IMG/VR virus record: IMGVR_UViG_3300004457_000028
Coordinates: 1 to 64,000 of that record
DNA: 64,000 nucleotides
DNA from: a virus
Reading direction: 5' to 3' (one strand)
Shown: one piece after another, positions 1-11,354 of the stretch
Numbering within the stretch: the stretch's first letter is position 1
Layout: every line of letters starts with the position of its first letter
The notes under the pieces: model-generated
Seen by the model: only the letters and a program-made list of their open reading frames with translations
What the model was told of the DNA's origin: nothing
Databases searched by the model: none
Made by a program: the position numbers and the translations under genes

Positions 1-3000
1 GCTGACGCTATAGACAGAACAAAACCAGTAGGTGTTGTAGGATGGCATGGTGAGCGTTATTCACATCTTAATTCTTTACAAGTGACTGGAGGTGGAACTA
101 CAAGTTTCAGTGCAGGGCTTGGTGCATGGCACTCAATGTTAGGTTTCTCTCCTTACGGTGGGTCGTCATCCTGTGCTACTATTCTTTCTCACTTACCACA
201 TATTACACCGTTACCAAACTCTCCTGAGAGTATGCCTCCTACGGATATTCCGGGTCGCAGTCTTACTAATTTTCCAAGCGCTGATGATGGGGAGTCAGAC
301 ATTCCTTCTTGGGGTGCTGATGACTCAGTTGGATTCGGAACTTATGTTGTAGGATGGGCTGATGGTGCTCAGTATAACAATCCACCAACAATGAGGAATA
401 CACCTGAGTTACAGAAAGAACTTGTAAACCCACAAGGAACATACGCCCGTTCTCTATTAGTGGTAGCACATGAAGGCGAACTTAGCCTGATAGCAAGAAA
501 GGATAGAAACTCATACACGACTACTGGTGACTATCTTCTCGCTGGAGGAACAACACAGTGGGATGAAAGATTTCACAATCAAGACCGCTTTATCGCACCA
601 GCAAACGCAGGGCCAAACATTGAGGCTTTGATTGTTGATAATACATCTCTCCCTACTGTGGCTAATTATGCAGCAGATGGAGGATTAGATGCTGCTCCTT
701 TCAATGCTCAAATACAATTACACGGCTCAATTTCAGCAGATACGGCTTTGTCTAACGCTGAGCCATGTCGTGCTGAGATAGGTGACTTGTTCTTTGACAT
801 TGATAAAAATGTAGGAATTGTAAATCACGAATCAGACATAGGTAAGCGTAACCTTTCTACTGATTTTATTACAAGTAGCCCGAATCCAAGTGGAACTATG
901 ACTACTAACGATACGCAGTCGCAGATATTTTGGGCTGGTGATGTCAATGCTTACGATGTATTGAAGCGTAGTCCTCACAAAAACTTCAGCACCGAACATG
1001 TAGTTTGGAAAAGAATGGATGGTGGTAGTCTCACTTTACCTGCGTCTAACGCTCGTGGTTTAGGCGCAGTGCCGTGGGTAACTCGTGTAGTAGGTGATAA
1101 CGCCCACACAATGGGTGAGAAACTCTATGGGAATGTCAGGTTCTCTTTTGAAACAACAAACTCCGCTATGATGCCTATTCTACAGGCTCAAGAGATTGCT
1201 CATCCTCAGTTAGCAAAAGAGCATCCTATCGCCTTGCATGGTGTGTTAGAGATTCCTAACGAAGACATTCAGTTTGAAGACATCACAGTAGTAGATGACA
1301 CAGGGCAAATCCATACTTTAGAAGGTGGCTCACCGTTAGGTGTTGTCATACGAGCATATAGACCAGCATCAAAGCGTTCAGCAAGTGGTCTACAACCAAC
1401 ACCAGCAAACAGCGGATTTGGGCCTAACCTTGAGATTCAACTACCTGACCCCGATAGCATCCCCGGTAACATATTGATTCGCAGTGGATTTGACTCTATT
1501 CAAGCCTATCAAAACGAAACCATAGGAGACGGTGGTATGATTCACCCCGACTTGGGTGCAACACACCTCGGTCACCTCTTTGACAATGTGATAAAAGGGC
1601 CAAGAAAAGGGCCAACAATGAACGAAGTTGGATGGGAGCACATATCTCAAGGAGAATCATTCCCTGATTCTACTCGTGACGGTTGGGTAGAAGGAACTGC
1701 TAACAACACACTTCGTAGTTCATACGAGCAACAAGACAGGGCGTTGTATTTTCATATTACTAAGATGGGTCACACTCACACAGAGAAGTTCCCTACGACT
1801 TACACTCACGCCGCTGGTGTAGTCAATCAACCTTACACATTCAGTAGTTTAGTAGGCACAACTTTGACTGCTAATACTACAATTGTCCTTAGAGATGATG
1901 CTGCATCCCCTACGCCTACTGCGTGTATATTTGATGCTGGGTTTGGGACTCAAGAAGTTCTTGATGAGGGTAGTGGTAAGCGTCGTAGATTCCTCCGTAT
2001 AGCAAACCCAGCAGGTGAAAGCGTTGTCGTTTCATATCTTGATATTGTCGGCGCTACATTTACTGGAGTAGTTGGGGATATTGACACTGCTCAATTCCTT
2101 GCCGACAATGCTAACACTACTCTCACCATCACTCCATCATACTATGTCCCTGCTGGTAGCACTCGCATATTTGCAGCACGCCGTTTGCGTGACCACGCTG
2201 AAGTGAGTGGTAACAGTCCTGATATGGCTCACACAGAATACTTTACTGGTGATTCACAAACGACTATTCACTCAAGATACAGTAGACCACAACTCACTCC
2301 TATGCCTATACCTCGTATGGGTCATCACTTCGTCAATGCTACTATGCCTATGATGCCGGGTCATTGGGCGCACCCTTCGTATCAAGGGCTTTACGAAAGG
2401 AGTAACTCTGACAAACTTGCTAAGTTGCGTGATGAAGATTATACGACACTGGCTACTCATCTTGAAGAAGTAGACGGGACAACGAACAATCAAACAACAG
2501 TTAGTTCCGCTGTAACTAAGCGTATTTTCCCTCTTAACCCATCATTGAGAGTTGGTTCGCTAACTGCTAACCCATCAGGGCCAAGTGATATTCACGGTGG
2601 AGGATTTACTCTGATGTTTGAGACTAAAATCAAGTATGATGGTTACGGTATACTCGCATCAAAAGGTGATGCTGGGGGCATAAACAAGGCTGGTGGTCAT
2701 TCCATTGTCCTTGAGGCCGCTGCTAACTACACTCAGACTAATCATTTCCCCGACCCTGCCGAAGTAGGAGCATATCAAATTGTTATTCAACCAAACCTTC
2801 GCCCTCATCAAGTCGCTGGTTTCCATTTGAATAACTCTTCAGTAACTACTCTACCGGATTCTACTCCCGCAAACAATGTCTCTGCTCTTACTGCTCAGCA
2901 AGTCAATCTCGTCGTGGGTATAAAATATGACGAAGAACGACACGCATCACTAACAAATGCTGCAAATGTAGGAGCAGTAACACTCGTCTTAGCAGAAGCA

Positions 3001-6000
3001 ACAATTGCTGATGTAAGGGGTTGTGAGATATTCCTCAACGAAGTGATTCTTGACCACGAGCCTGACCACGGTAGCCAGTTCACCAATGTCCCACCGATGC
3101 TGCTTTATAACCCCCTTGGAGTTCAGGGTAGCGAAAGTCCTTCGTTTACTCGTAGAGGTCACCCATACCATCCTACTACATCTGAAATTACATTCAAAGA
3201 CGCTACACCGGGGCATACTACAAGCATTCCTTGGTGGAGTATTATGCACAAAGACACACCGAATGAACCAAGTTCTGTAGGATTTAGACATCTCGCTCTG
3301 TATCGTATTGATAATTACTACGAGTTTTGCCGAGCAAGTTATGGAGCAGTCGCTGCTCAACTTACTCTCGCTGGCTACCCAAGCATCTACCCCGACATCT
3401 ACTCTAAGATTATGGAGAATGTTAGCCTAACCCCGACTTGTAAAGTTGTAGGGACACACTCTTCTACAAATGCTATACAAGTTGATGATGCTTCACTGTT
3501 CCCTGAAATACCGTATTACAATCAAAAACTACAGTATATTGACGATGCATCGGGGGAAACTGTATCGTTTAGTTACACAACCCGGCAAGGTTTGACTCAT
3601 AGTTCGGCAACTATGAATGAGCCTGATATTTTCCATCTCCCAGCAAACGCCACTATTCCTGACGGGACAAAACTCACTTTGTCCAAACCATACTCTACAA
3701 AACCAATGAGCGACTTATTCAACAAAGACAGCGAGAGTATCTTGACTAAGAATCTTGGACAGACTCTACCCGGAACACGAGACACTAACAGCCTGTTCTT
3801 AGGCGATGCATACCTATGTGCTTGGAGTCCTAATTTGGGTAGACCACATACTTTCTATTCCGATGCGAGTAGAACATGGATTACTGATAATGTAAATCAC
3901 ACCGCTGACAGAGCAGTAAACAAAGCAGCATACAACAGTATGCCTCAACATTTTGAAACAATTCACTACCACGAAGTAAACTACGCAGCGAGTCATGGGC
4001 CGTTTGCTTTGAAGATGAAAACACCTGTCCCCCCTGAACCATTACCGGGTTACATAGCGAGTCACAACGGTGCTACTCCTACAGTGATAACAATGTCTCA
4101 GACAGTTACTGGTGTTGCTCAAGGTGAGATTATCTACAGCGAAGGCCGAGTTCTTGGTAAAGTAAACATTGTTTCAACAAACACAATAACACTATTCACA
4201 AAAATACTTGAGACGAACATACCTGTTGGTGCTGCTACTAACAAGGTGTATGTCCGAGGTAAAGGTATCATTGACACTGCTGCTAATATCCATGCTATGA
4301 GTAACTTTTCAGCACAAGGCGGGACAAGCGCCATGCTCACTAACTTTTGGCCTTGCGGTAGTCGTGGTGGGCCTTTGGTAAGCCGTTTAGATGGGTATGC
4401 TATGACATCGGCAGCGTGGCATTTACCACAGAGTTACGCTCACGCTGGTGCTACTCAATGGGTTGATTCCGATGACGATAGCACCCCTGCTAATTATGCA
4501 GCATCAGGTGGGATAGGGACTGCTGCTTTAAGTTCTACAAGACCATATCCATTCGGTTATCGTTTCGGTCTAAGACAACCGTGGAACAGACCTCAATGGG
4601 GTCACTATGGTATGCGAGCATACCAAGAACATGCTACTCATAATGGGGCGAGCGACTTCGCAGTTGGTTACAAGGCTGGGCCTCTTGTAGAATACGAATC
4701 ACAAAATTGGATTTACGCTGGGGCGCAGCCGGGACAAGGCACAAAGGAATTACCCACAACCTATGTTGGTATTCTTGAGCGTCATACTACCGCTGCTGGT
4801 ATGCTAAACGCAGACAAATACGAGAATCAAGTTCGTTACAGCGATGGGCGAAGAATGACAAGAGGATTTGGATGTGCTATACGCACTATTCGTAACGCTT
4901 CTACTGTCATCAGAGACTGGTGGGGAGACTCTGCTGGTAAGGGTCTAAGTGATTACAAAGATGCAGTTTCGTATTACCTCGTGGACTGGTGGGGTAACAC
5001 TCGTGGTGAAGATGTTAGGCGTATGCCTGTTCGCAGTTTTGGTATCAACCCTTCTTGGGATGCTGGGGATGTCTATGAATATGACAGAACCAACAGTAGA
5101 ACTCCATACGCACGAATATGGAATAATAACAAACCTATCTTTAATCTAAAAGGTATCGCTGCTGACTCAGATACATCAACGGGTGATGTTTTGACTTCTC
5201 CTACCGCTACGATACCAAGATTCGGTGGTCGTAAAAACACTGGTAACAACAACAAAGGCAGTTTACTTGTAGATGTGTTTGCTCCTACCAATGCTTTGCG
5301 TGTGGGTGATATGGGTAATGGTCGTGGTGTGAGATACCCTACTCAATTTAATGAAGACATTCTTGTTGAACTAAGCGCTGTATACGAAAATGCAGGTGTA
5401 GTGCTTTCAGGTAACACGGCAGAGCCTACATTTGGTGAAGGTTTGATACGCCCAAGAGACGACGCACTCCAACCTACTGAAATCGTTAGAGGTATCAGTA
5501 GCCGATTAGAAATTGACGAAGACGGTTTGTTAAAGCCCGAAGCCACTGTGAGTGATAAAGTAGAGACAGTTAGCGGAGTATCGGTGCATAAGGATGCTAT
5601 CTCACGGTCTTCACCAAGAATTGGTATAGATGGAGAAACGCTTGAGTCGCTAACTGGTAGCGATAGTAACATGGTTGCTATCAACTCAGAAGCGCACAGT
5701 CTGCACACTAACAGAGGTGTAGGTCAGCGTGTGATTCTACATGGTGGTATGCAGTCAGGCTCTCAAACTCTTGGTGATTACGACCTAACATCACTATCCT
5801 TTGCTGCTCAACCTCATGGTGGTGTTATGCGGTTTAGCCATACGAGTAACTTCAAACCCATGGGTGGTAACTACATCTTAGAATGTCGTAGTTTTGCTAA
5901 TCCGTTTAACGACTTAGGATGGGGTAGGAGTGGAACTCTTGGGTCAAACAAGACAAGCAATCCATATCAAACGACCACTCTTAACCCAACCTCGGCTCAA

Positions 6001-6531
6001 ACAAACAAAACTGATGACGCTGTTAAGTTCCTTGTTCGCCCTGTTCGTTTGCTTGACAATCAACACATCGCTGTGTTTAGACCTCAACTGGCGTTACACA
6101 GCGGGAGTAAACAGTTTGGTAGCACTGCTTACACAGCAACCGCTGGTGGTAAATACGGACTATATACTTACGAAACTCCGAGTGGTCGTGCTGCAAGCGG
6201 CTCATACATGCGTGCTACTAACCCTAACACATCAGCACCATATCAACCAGTTTACCTTATTGAGTCCAGTAGCGATACAGTCCCTACATCTAAAGGGCCA
6301 AAACTACCGGGAACTGAGGTTACTGGGTTTGATAAAACAACACTCAAGTCAAGTGTAACGAGACTGGTTATCAGCGAAAACACACTGCAACATTACAGAA
6401 GTGATGCTCCAAGAAGAACTGGTCAAGGTAAAGACTACACAGTGAAACCAAGGTTTAGTCAATCGCTTCACGGTAAGGGGCATAAAGAAGATGTGTCGTT
6501 TAATACATCAGACCACAGTGGTGATGCATGA
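1..6531 (+). CDS. Giant virion structural protein, probably tail-associated; 5'-truncated, >2170 aa
   Basis: Frame is open from position 1 (GCT GAC GCT ATA...) to TGA at 6531. Composition is G/T/S/P-rich and beta-type. It heads a co-directional run ending in tail-fibre-like genes. No catalytic motif recognised. Confidence 0.6.
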   Translation, partial: ADAIDRTKPVGVVGWHGERYSHLNSLQVTGGGTTSFSAGLGAWHSMLGFSPYGGSSSCATILSHLPHITPLPNSPESMPPTDIPGRSLTNFPSADDGESDIPSWGADDSVGFGTYVVGWADGAQYNNPPTMRNTPELQKELVNPQGTYARSLLVVAHEGELSLIARKDRNSYTTTGDYLLAGGTTQWDERFHNQDRFIAPANAGPNIEALIVDNTSLPTVANYAADGGLDAAPFNAQIQLHGSISADTALSNAEPCRAEIGDLFFDIDKNVGIVNHESDIGKRNLSTDFITSSPNPSGTMTTNDTQSQIFWAGDVNAYDVLKRSPHKNFSTEHVVWKRMDGGSLTLPASNARGLGAVPWVTRVVGDNAHTMGEKLYGNVRFSFETTNSAMMPILQAQEIAHPQLAKEHPIALHGVLEIPNEDIQFEDITVVDDTGQIHTLEGGSPLGVVIRAYRPASKRSASGLQPTPANSGFGPNLEIQLPDPDSIPGNILIRSGFDSIQAYQNETIGDGGMIHPDLGATHLGHLFDNVIKGPRKGPTMNEVGWEHISQGESFPDSTRDGWVEGTANNTLRSSYEQQDRALYFHITKMGHTHTEKFPTTYTHAAGVVNQPYTFSSLVGTTLTANTTIVLRDDAASPTPTACIFDAGFGTQEVLDEGSGKRRRFLRIANPAGESVVVSYLDIVGATFTGVVGDIDTAQFLADNANTTLTITPSYYVPAGSTRIFAARRLRDHAEVSGNSPDMAHTEYFTGDSQTTIHSRYSRPQLTPMPIPRMGHHFVNATMPMMPGHWAHPSYQGLYERSNSDKLAKLRDEDYTTLATHLEEVDGTTNNQTTVSSAVTKRIFPLNPSLRVGSLTANPSGPSDIHGGGFTLMFETKIKYDGYGILASKGDAGGINKAGGHSIVLEAAANYTQTNHFPDPAEVGAYQIVIQPNLRPHQVAGFHLNNSSVTTLPDSTPANNVSALTAQQVNLVVGIKYDEERHASLTNAANVGAVTLVLAEATIADVRGCEIFLNEVILDHEPDHGSQFTNVPPMLLYNPLGVQGSESPSFTRRGHPYHPTTSEITFKDATPGHTTSIPWWSIMHKDTPNEPSSVGFRHLALYRIDNYYEFCRASYGAVAAQLTLAGYPSIYPDIYSKIMENVSLTPTCKVVGTHSSTNAIQVDDASLFPEIPYYNQKLQYIDDASGETVSFSYTTRQGLTHSSATMNEPDIFHLPANATIPDGTKLTLSKPYSTKPMSDLFNKDSESILTKNLGQTLPGTRDTNSLFLGDAYLCAWSPNLGRPHTFYSDASRTWITDNVNHTADRAVNKAAYNSMPQHFETIHYHEVNYAASHGPFALKMKTPVPPEPLPGYIASHNGATPTVITMSQTVTGVAQGEIIYSEGRVLGKVNIVSTNTITLFTKILETNIPVGAATNKVYVRGKGIIDTAANIHAMSNFSAQGGTSAMLTNFWPCGSRGGPLVSRLDGYAMTSAAWHLPQSYAHAGATQWVDSDDDSTPANYAASGGIGTAALSSTRPYPFGYRFGLRQPWNRPQWGHYGMRAYQEHATHNGASDFAVGYKAGPLVEYESQNWIYAGAQPGQGTKELPTTYVGILERHTTAAGMLNADKYENQVRYSDGRRMTRGFGCAIRTIRNASTVIRDWWGDSAGKGLSDYKDAVSYYLVDWWGNTRGEDVRRMPVRSFGINPSWDAGDVYEYDRTNSRTPYARIWNNNKPIFNLKGIAADSDTSTGDVLTSPTATIPRFGGRKNTGNNNKGSLLVDVFAPTNALRVGDMGNGRGVRYPTQFNEDILVELSAVYENAGVVLSGNTAEPTFGEGLIRPRDDALQPTEIVRGISSRLEIDEDGLLKPEATVSDKVETVSGVSVHKDAISRSSPRIGIDGETLESLTGSDSNMVAINSEAHSLHTNRGVGQRVILHGGMQSGSQTLGDYDLTSLSFAAQPHGGVMRFSHTSNFKPMGGNYILECRSFANPFNDLGWGRSGTLGSNKTSNPYQTTTLNPTSAQTNKTDDAVKFLVRPVRLLDNQHIAVFRPQLALHSGSKQFGSTAYTATAGGKYGLYTYETPSGRAASGSYMRATNPNTSAPYQPVYLIESSSDTVPTSKGPKLPGTEVTGFDKTTLKSSVTRLVISENTLQHYRSDAPRRTGQGKDYTVKPRFSQSLHGKGHKEDVSFNTSDHSGDA

Positions 6532-7946
6532 TGCCGCTTCTTAGTTACAGACGAGTCAGCACTGATAACCCGGTGATTATGAAATCTATTCGTAAACCTA
6601 AGTTCGTAGATAATGCACTCTACCTTGGTGAGTATACTGCACAAAGCGATGTGCTAAACAAGGTCACTGTAAAACAGCGCAAGACTGCAACTTACGGTGT
6701 TGCTACTTCTCGTGCTTACGACATTACTGAGTTACAAGACAGTATGATACTCAAGCAACCTCAAACCCATGGTAGTAACTATCAAGGCTCTGTAGTTTAT
6801 ATGGGGTCGGCAATCACAAGCGATGCGAATAAGAATAAACCAGTTCTGTTGTATGCTAAAAACGCTACACACGAAAGGCTTCGCCCGTCATCAGTGATGA
6901 ACAGTGGAGTAGGGACTACTTTCGCTGTGAAGAATACCAAATCAAAGTCATTTGAAAAACTTGGATTCTCTGCTACTCAAGGACACATAGGACACCCAAT
7001 TGATGCTGGCTTAAGAACCACGGACTTGGCTATTCGTTTGAGTAGAGATATTGCTGACTCTTTGACATCAGTGAATATCGCCTTACCAATGAGCGCAAGT
7101 AACTCAGAGGTAGACAGGAGAAGACATAGCCACGCATTCCTCGGTGCTGATTTTCACGGCATCACTTTGGTAGACGCTTTGCGCTTTATCAGTAGACACG
7201 ATGGTAGAGTGATTCACTTTGACAGATTTGGTAATCTTCTTTATGTTCCGTTCCAATTTGAAGAAGGTAGTAGATTCATAGACCATAACGCACGCACTGG
7301 GCCAGCCGTATCAAATCCAATTGAGAACATTTCTAACAGAGTGATTGTAGAAGGGTTACCCACTGCTGTGAACGACACTGCATTTGCCGAAGTAAACAAC
7401 TCTGAAAAACAAACAAGTGGAGATGTGTTAGAAGAACCACAAGTAGTTGGTGACTTCACTGTTCGTAGTAACGAGCAAGCAAGGGAGATAGGTCGTAACA
7501 TTCTCAAGGCAAACGCAGTCATGCTTGGTAATTTAACAAGCGCTGGTCACCCTAATGCGTGGGATTTGCGACCCGGTATGGTGATTGAATACAACGGTGA
7601 GCGTAAGATTCTCATTGAAGTGAGACATAGAATGGCTCAAAACGCAACTGACCTTGTTTTCCTTAGCGTAGAAAGCGGGGTAGAAGGGGTCTTACAGGGC
7701 ATTCTCCAAGGCACTAAGAACACAGGGGCGCAAGAAGATACCATACAACAAATTGTTGAGAAAAATATGGCCTTGTTTGGTGACATAGAAATCATATCAG
7801 TAATCATAACAGAAGTCCAAGGACACGGAACTTCAGGCGATGGTTTCATCATAGGGAGAGGCATGGGTAGAGGTGTGGTCGGTGCTGCTACTGGTGAAAC
7901 AGTCGGCGGTAGCAAAACAGCAAAGATAACACAGAGGGGTGATTAA
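6528..7946 (+). CDS. Tail/baseplate hub-like structural protein
   Basis: 472 aa, ATGA overlap with the upstream gene. Segments 'DALRFISRHDGRVIHFDRFGNL', 'NRVIVEG' and 'DLRPGMVIEY...IEVRH' resemble phage tail hub proteins. Confidence 0.5.
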   Translation: MMPLLSYRRVSTDNPVIMKSIRKPKFVDNALYLGEYTAQSDVLNKVTVKQRKTATYGVATSRAYDITELQDSMILKQPQTHGSNYQGSVVYMGSAITSDANKNKPVLLYAKNATHERLRPSSVMNSGVGTTFAVKNTKSKSFEKLGFSATQGHIGHPIDAGLRTTDLAIRLSRDIADSLTSVNIALPMSASNSEVDRRRHSHAFLGADFHGITLVDALRFISRHDGRVIHFDRFGNLLYVPFQFEEGSRFIDHNARTGPAVSNPIENISNRVIVEGLPTAVNDTAFAEVNNSEKQTSGDVLEEPQVVGDFTVRSNEQAREIGRNILKANAVMLGNLTSAGHPNAWDLRPGMVIEYNGERKILIEVRHRMAQNATDLVFLSVESGVEGVLQGILQGTKNTGAQEDTIQQIVEKNMALFGDIEIISVIITEVQGHGTSGDGFIIGRGMGRGVVGAATGETVGGSKTAKITQRGD

Positions 7947-8291
7947 ATGCCAGTATCAAATCATGTAAGACGGTTACTCATTGATACTATTGCTAACAAC
8001 ATCAATGAGATGGTTGTCGGTTTTGACGGTAGCCCTGCTACGAAAAGTGACGGCGCTGCTGGTAGACCTGCACAAATTATCAATCCTACTACTCGTATAG
8101 TGAGTGATTCAGCACTCTTAGTTGAAGGGTTCATACCAGCCACAGAGTCTTTTAATGAGAATCTAAAGGAGGTTTTCATACAGTTTAGAGGAGCACTTAG
8201 CACAATACCAATTGCTCGTCACACAATCGCATCGTTTAATAAAACAACATCAAACGAGATACGAATACAGATACTAATTGAGGTGAAATAA
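7947..8291 (+). CDS. Small baseplate/tail-fibre attachment-like protein
   Basis: 114 aa between hub-like and fibre genes. C-terminal 'IARHTIASFNKTTSNEIRIQILIEVK' resembles tail-collar/fibre N-terminal domains. Confidence 0.4.
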   Translation: MPVSNHVRRLLIDTIANNINEMVVGFDGSPATKSDGAAGRPAQIINPTTRIVSDSALLVEGFIPATESFNENLKEVFIQFRGALSTIPIARHTIASFNKTTSNEIRIQILIEVK

Positions 8292-10618
8292 TGGGTGACA
8301 ATCCAATATCAGGGCATACAGCGGGAACAAACGATGGGCTAAGAGACGGTGACCACATCATATCACCTTCATTGACTAACATCTACGAAGGGTTACACGG
8401 TAACGGTGTGCTCAACCCGTATGATACAGCGTATGGTAGCCCTACTGGTGACCGTATCACCCCCGCCAATCTACCCGGTGCAATCAGTAGTAGTGTTGCT
8501 CACCAAGTTATAATCAAGGCTTGTAGTGTCATTCTTGACGGAGTGCCTTACAACATTGACAACGGCTCAGGTGGCGATGTCACTATCAACCTTACCAGCG
8601 GTGGTGATAAACTCACAGGAACAAGCACGACTGTTTTAACAAGCGGTAAAGAATGTCTCTTCGCTATTATAGCAACATCAGAAGGTGCTAAGTTCGTTCA
8701 ATCTAATGTAGTGACTACTGCGCCCGGTGTTTATGCTTCTCTTGCTGGTAGTATCGCTGACTCTTACTTGAAAATGGGAGGTGTTAGTAGTGCTCAAAAC
8801 AAACAAACAATTGTTCTTGCTACAATTAGGGCTGTATTCAACGGTAGTGCTGCTGCTGCGAATGACCTTAAACTCACGCTATCGGAAATTAACGACAAGC
8901 GTGTATTCATTCGCCCATCGCCTTTCTATCTATCACCCGTAACTGATGGGAATGTTGGTTCAACAAGCCATTTGAACACACATACTGCTTTGGAGCAAAT
9001 ACACGGTAGTGGAGAACATGGAGACTTTGGTGCTAACGGTGTGTTATGGATGTCGTATAACGAAGATGACGGGTTACCAAACCTCTACTTCAGCGCTAAG
9101 GATGGTTCAAATCGCCACACACATTTGCTTGGGCCGAATCGCATTAAAACAATTACAGGAATATCAACCCCTCAAACCTTTGACTTTGATGAGGCTCAAG
9201 TGTTTGAATGCAACGCAGGTGGTGCGATTAACCTCAATCCAGCGGGAACATTCCCGCCCGGTCATACGGTCATTGTCAGTGTGCCAAGTGGTAGTGCTGT
9301 AACCTTTGACCAAGGCGGGTTGGGTGCTGCTTTGACTGCTGGCGATGCTGCTTTATTTGTATACAACGGAACTGCTTGGAAAAAGGTCATGGTCAGCGCA
9401 ACTTCAACTACAAACGCAAGTGGTATTGCTGGCTTAGTTCAGTTTTCTGACGGTGCTGGTAACCACTCAAGTGATGCTAAGTTGTTTTGGACTACTGGGA
9501 CTTCTACACTCACTGTTACTGGTAAACTCACAATCACAGGATTGATTGGCTCAGGTGGGCTTCAAATCACACCAGTTGCTGCGAACCCCGGTGTAACTGC
9601 TGCTAACACGCTTTGGATGGACAGTGGTGCGTCTAACGCTTTGAAACATGGAGCAAACACAGTTCTTAACTCAGCATCAAGCGTTGCTGATTTAAGCGAT
9701 GTAACAGGAGTAGGTTCAGGTATTATCATCAGCGGTGCTGAGCGCACTAAACTAACAAACATAGAGACTGCTGCTGATGTCACTGATGCAACGAATGTTA
9801 ATGCTGCTATCACTGGACATGCTTACACAGGAGCAACACTCGCTGCTAACGACAAGGTGCTGATTCAAGATACAGATGACGGTAACGCAGTCAAGACTGT
9901 TACTGCTTCTTCTATAGCAGCATTGGGCGGTGGCGGTGGTGGTGGCTCAAGCATATCAGATGCTGACTCCGATACAAAAATAGATGTTGAGACTTCATCG
10001 GATGCTGATACTATATCCATGCACACAGACGGAACTGAGCGAGTGCTCATTGATACGAATGTCAATCTCGGCGTTGATGTTGATTTGACTTTTGAAGGTT
10101 CTACGGCTGTAGGAAACTTTGAGACTACACTAACTGTAACGAACCCCACTGCTGATAGAACAATCACTCTACCAAACGCTACAGGCACTGTTGCTTTGAC
10201 AAGCGGTGTTCCTTCAATAGCAGGGCTTGTTGATGCAGCAGGTGCGGTTGCTGCTGTCCAAGCCAATTCTACAATAACATTAGCAACTACGGCGACCTTT
10301 AGAGCATCAAGAAGCGTTGTTCTACCCGTTCCCGTTGCGACTCTTAACCTTGATAGAGTAGGTCAAGCGGGAGTGATTGTGTTATGCCCCGGTGGTCAAA
10401 CAGTCAATTTACCCGACCCCGGTGCGGCTATGGATGGAGATACCTATGTTATCATCAATGTCAATGCGCCTTCAACGGGAGCGATTACAATTGATAGAAG
10501 CGGTTTTGGTGGTCAAAACTTGAACGGTGCGGCTACGAATGGTTCGCTCCCGGCGCATGAGGCTGTCACTTTAATTTACACAGGCTTAGGAACAGGTTGG
10601 TATGGAATAGGATTGTGA
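8291..10618 (+). CDS. Tail fibre protein
   Basis: 775 aa, G/T/A-rich. Contains phage fibre segments 'ERTKLTNIETAADVTDATNV', 'ISDADSDTKIDVE' and 'ETTLTVTNPTADRTITLPNATGTVAL', a poly-Gly hinge, and C-terminal 'WYGIGL'. Confidence 0.75.
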   Translation: MGDNPISGHTAGTNDGLRDGDHIISPSLTNIYEGLHGNGVLNPYDTAYGSPTGDRITPANLPGAISSSVAHQVIIKACSVILDGVPYNIDNGSGGDVTINLTSGGDKLTGTSTTVLTSGKECLFAIIATSEGAKFVQSNVVTTAPGVYASLAGSIADSYLKMGGVSSAQNKQTIVLATIRAVFNGSAAAANDLKLTLSEINDKRVFIRPSPFYLSPVTDGNVGSTSHLNTHTALEQIHGSGEHGDFGANGVLWMSYNEDDGLPNLYFSAKDGSNRHTHLLGPNRIKTITGISTPQTFDFDEAQVFECNAGGAINLNPAGTFPPGHTVIVSVPSGSAVTFDQGGLGAALTAGDAALFVYNGTAWKKVMVSATSTTNASGIAGLVQFSDGAGNHSSDAKLFWTTGTSTLTVTGKLTITGLIGSGGLQITPVAANPGVTAANTLWMDSGASNALKHGANTVLNSASSVADLSDVTGVGSGIIISGAERTKLTNIETAADVTDATNVNAAITGHAYTGATLAANDKVLIQDTDDGNAVKTVTASSIAALGGGGGGGSSISDADSDTKIDVETSSDADTISMHTDGTERVLIDTNVNLGVDVDLTFEGSTAVGNFETTLTVTNPTADRTITLPNATGTVALTSGVPSIAGLVDAAGAVAAVQANSTITLATTATFRASRSVVLPVPVATLNLDRVGQAGVIVLCPGGQTVNLPDPGAAMDGDTYVIINVNAPSTGAITIDRSGFGGQNLNGAATNGSLPAHEAVTLIYTGLGTGWYGIGL

Positions 10619-10622
10619 TACT

Positions 10623-11345
10623 ATGTGGGGAATGACAGCCATGGCAAAAGGCACTTCTATGAAAGACAAGAAGAAGCGTGCAGCAGGTGGCGGCGGTGGT
10701 GGTGGTGCGCCATCAACAGGCACATACCCTACTGTTTCCGGCGCAGGTGACATAGGTTGTATGGCATTAGGTCTAAACCCCGCTGGGAATCATTTACATG
10801 CGAGTGTGCTGTTGAGAGAATCGTTTGATGCGGCAGGGTTTCTTCAAATAACAAACGCCGCAGGTGTAAACATAAACTCTCAAGGTGCGCCCGAAGTTGA
10901 AATTGCTGATTTTGTTGCTACGGTGATTCAAGGTGAAACGCCCATCAACGGGGCTATTGTGGGTGGTGGAGGCAACCCTATGCAACCCGGTGTTATCTTT
11001 ACGCAAAACGCTCCCGCTAACGGTGATGTGCAACTTATTTTCCGTATAGGGAATGATAATTCAACAGGTGCTTTTGGTGGTGGTGAGTTCGTTGATGTTG
11101 CGATGGTTCACAACCCAAACGGCGTTGTTATATCAAGAATAAATGGTGCGCCCCCTGCTCAAGTTCCTTTAGGACAAGTGCAACTTCAATTTGACCCGGT
11201 GACAGCAGGTGATAGAATCATCTTAGAGTTCAAAATAACAGGTCATTCAAAAACAGGGAACTTCTCATCGGCTGTAATATCTCCGCCGATAGGAGGTTCA
11301 ACTTTGAAAGTAGGTTCTTGTTATGTTCAAGTGGTATTCAACTGA
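10623..11345 (+). CDS. Putative receptor-binding/adhesin protein partnering the tail fibre
   Basis: 240 aa directly after the fibre gene; poly-Gly linker followed by a beta-rich domain. Confidence 0.45.
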   Translation: MWGMTAMAKGTSMKDKKKRAAGGGGGGGAPSTGTYPTVSGAGDIGCMALGLNPAGNHLHASVLLRESFDAAGFLQITNAAGVNINSQGAPEVEIADFVATVIQGETPINGAIVGGGGNPMQPGVIFTQNAPANGDVQLIFRIGNDNSTGAFGGGEFVDVAMVHNPNGVVISRINGAPPAQVPLGQVQLQFDPVTAGDRIILEFKITGHSKTGNFSSAVISPPIGGSTLKVGSCYVQVVFN

Positions 11346-11354
11346 TGTGATAGA

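Noticed and set aside
158-11033. Numerous 60-140 aa ORFs nested in or antisense to long structural genes (similar ones occur throughout the window)
   Set aside because: Alternative-frame by-products without SD, motifs or coupling.
8291-11345. Diversity-generating retroelement targeting the fibre or adhesin
   Set aside because: No reverse transcriptase and no TR/VR repeat pair differing at adenines was seen in the window.
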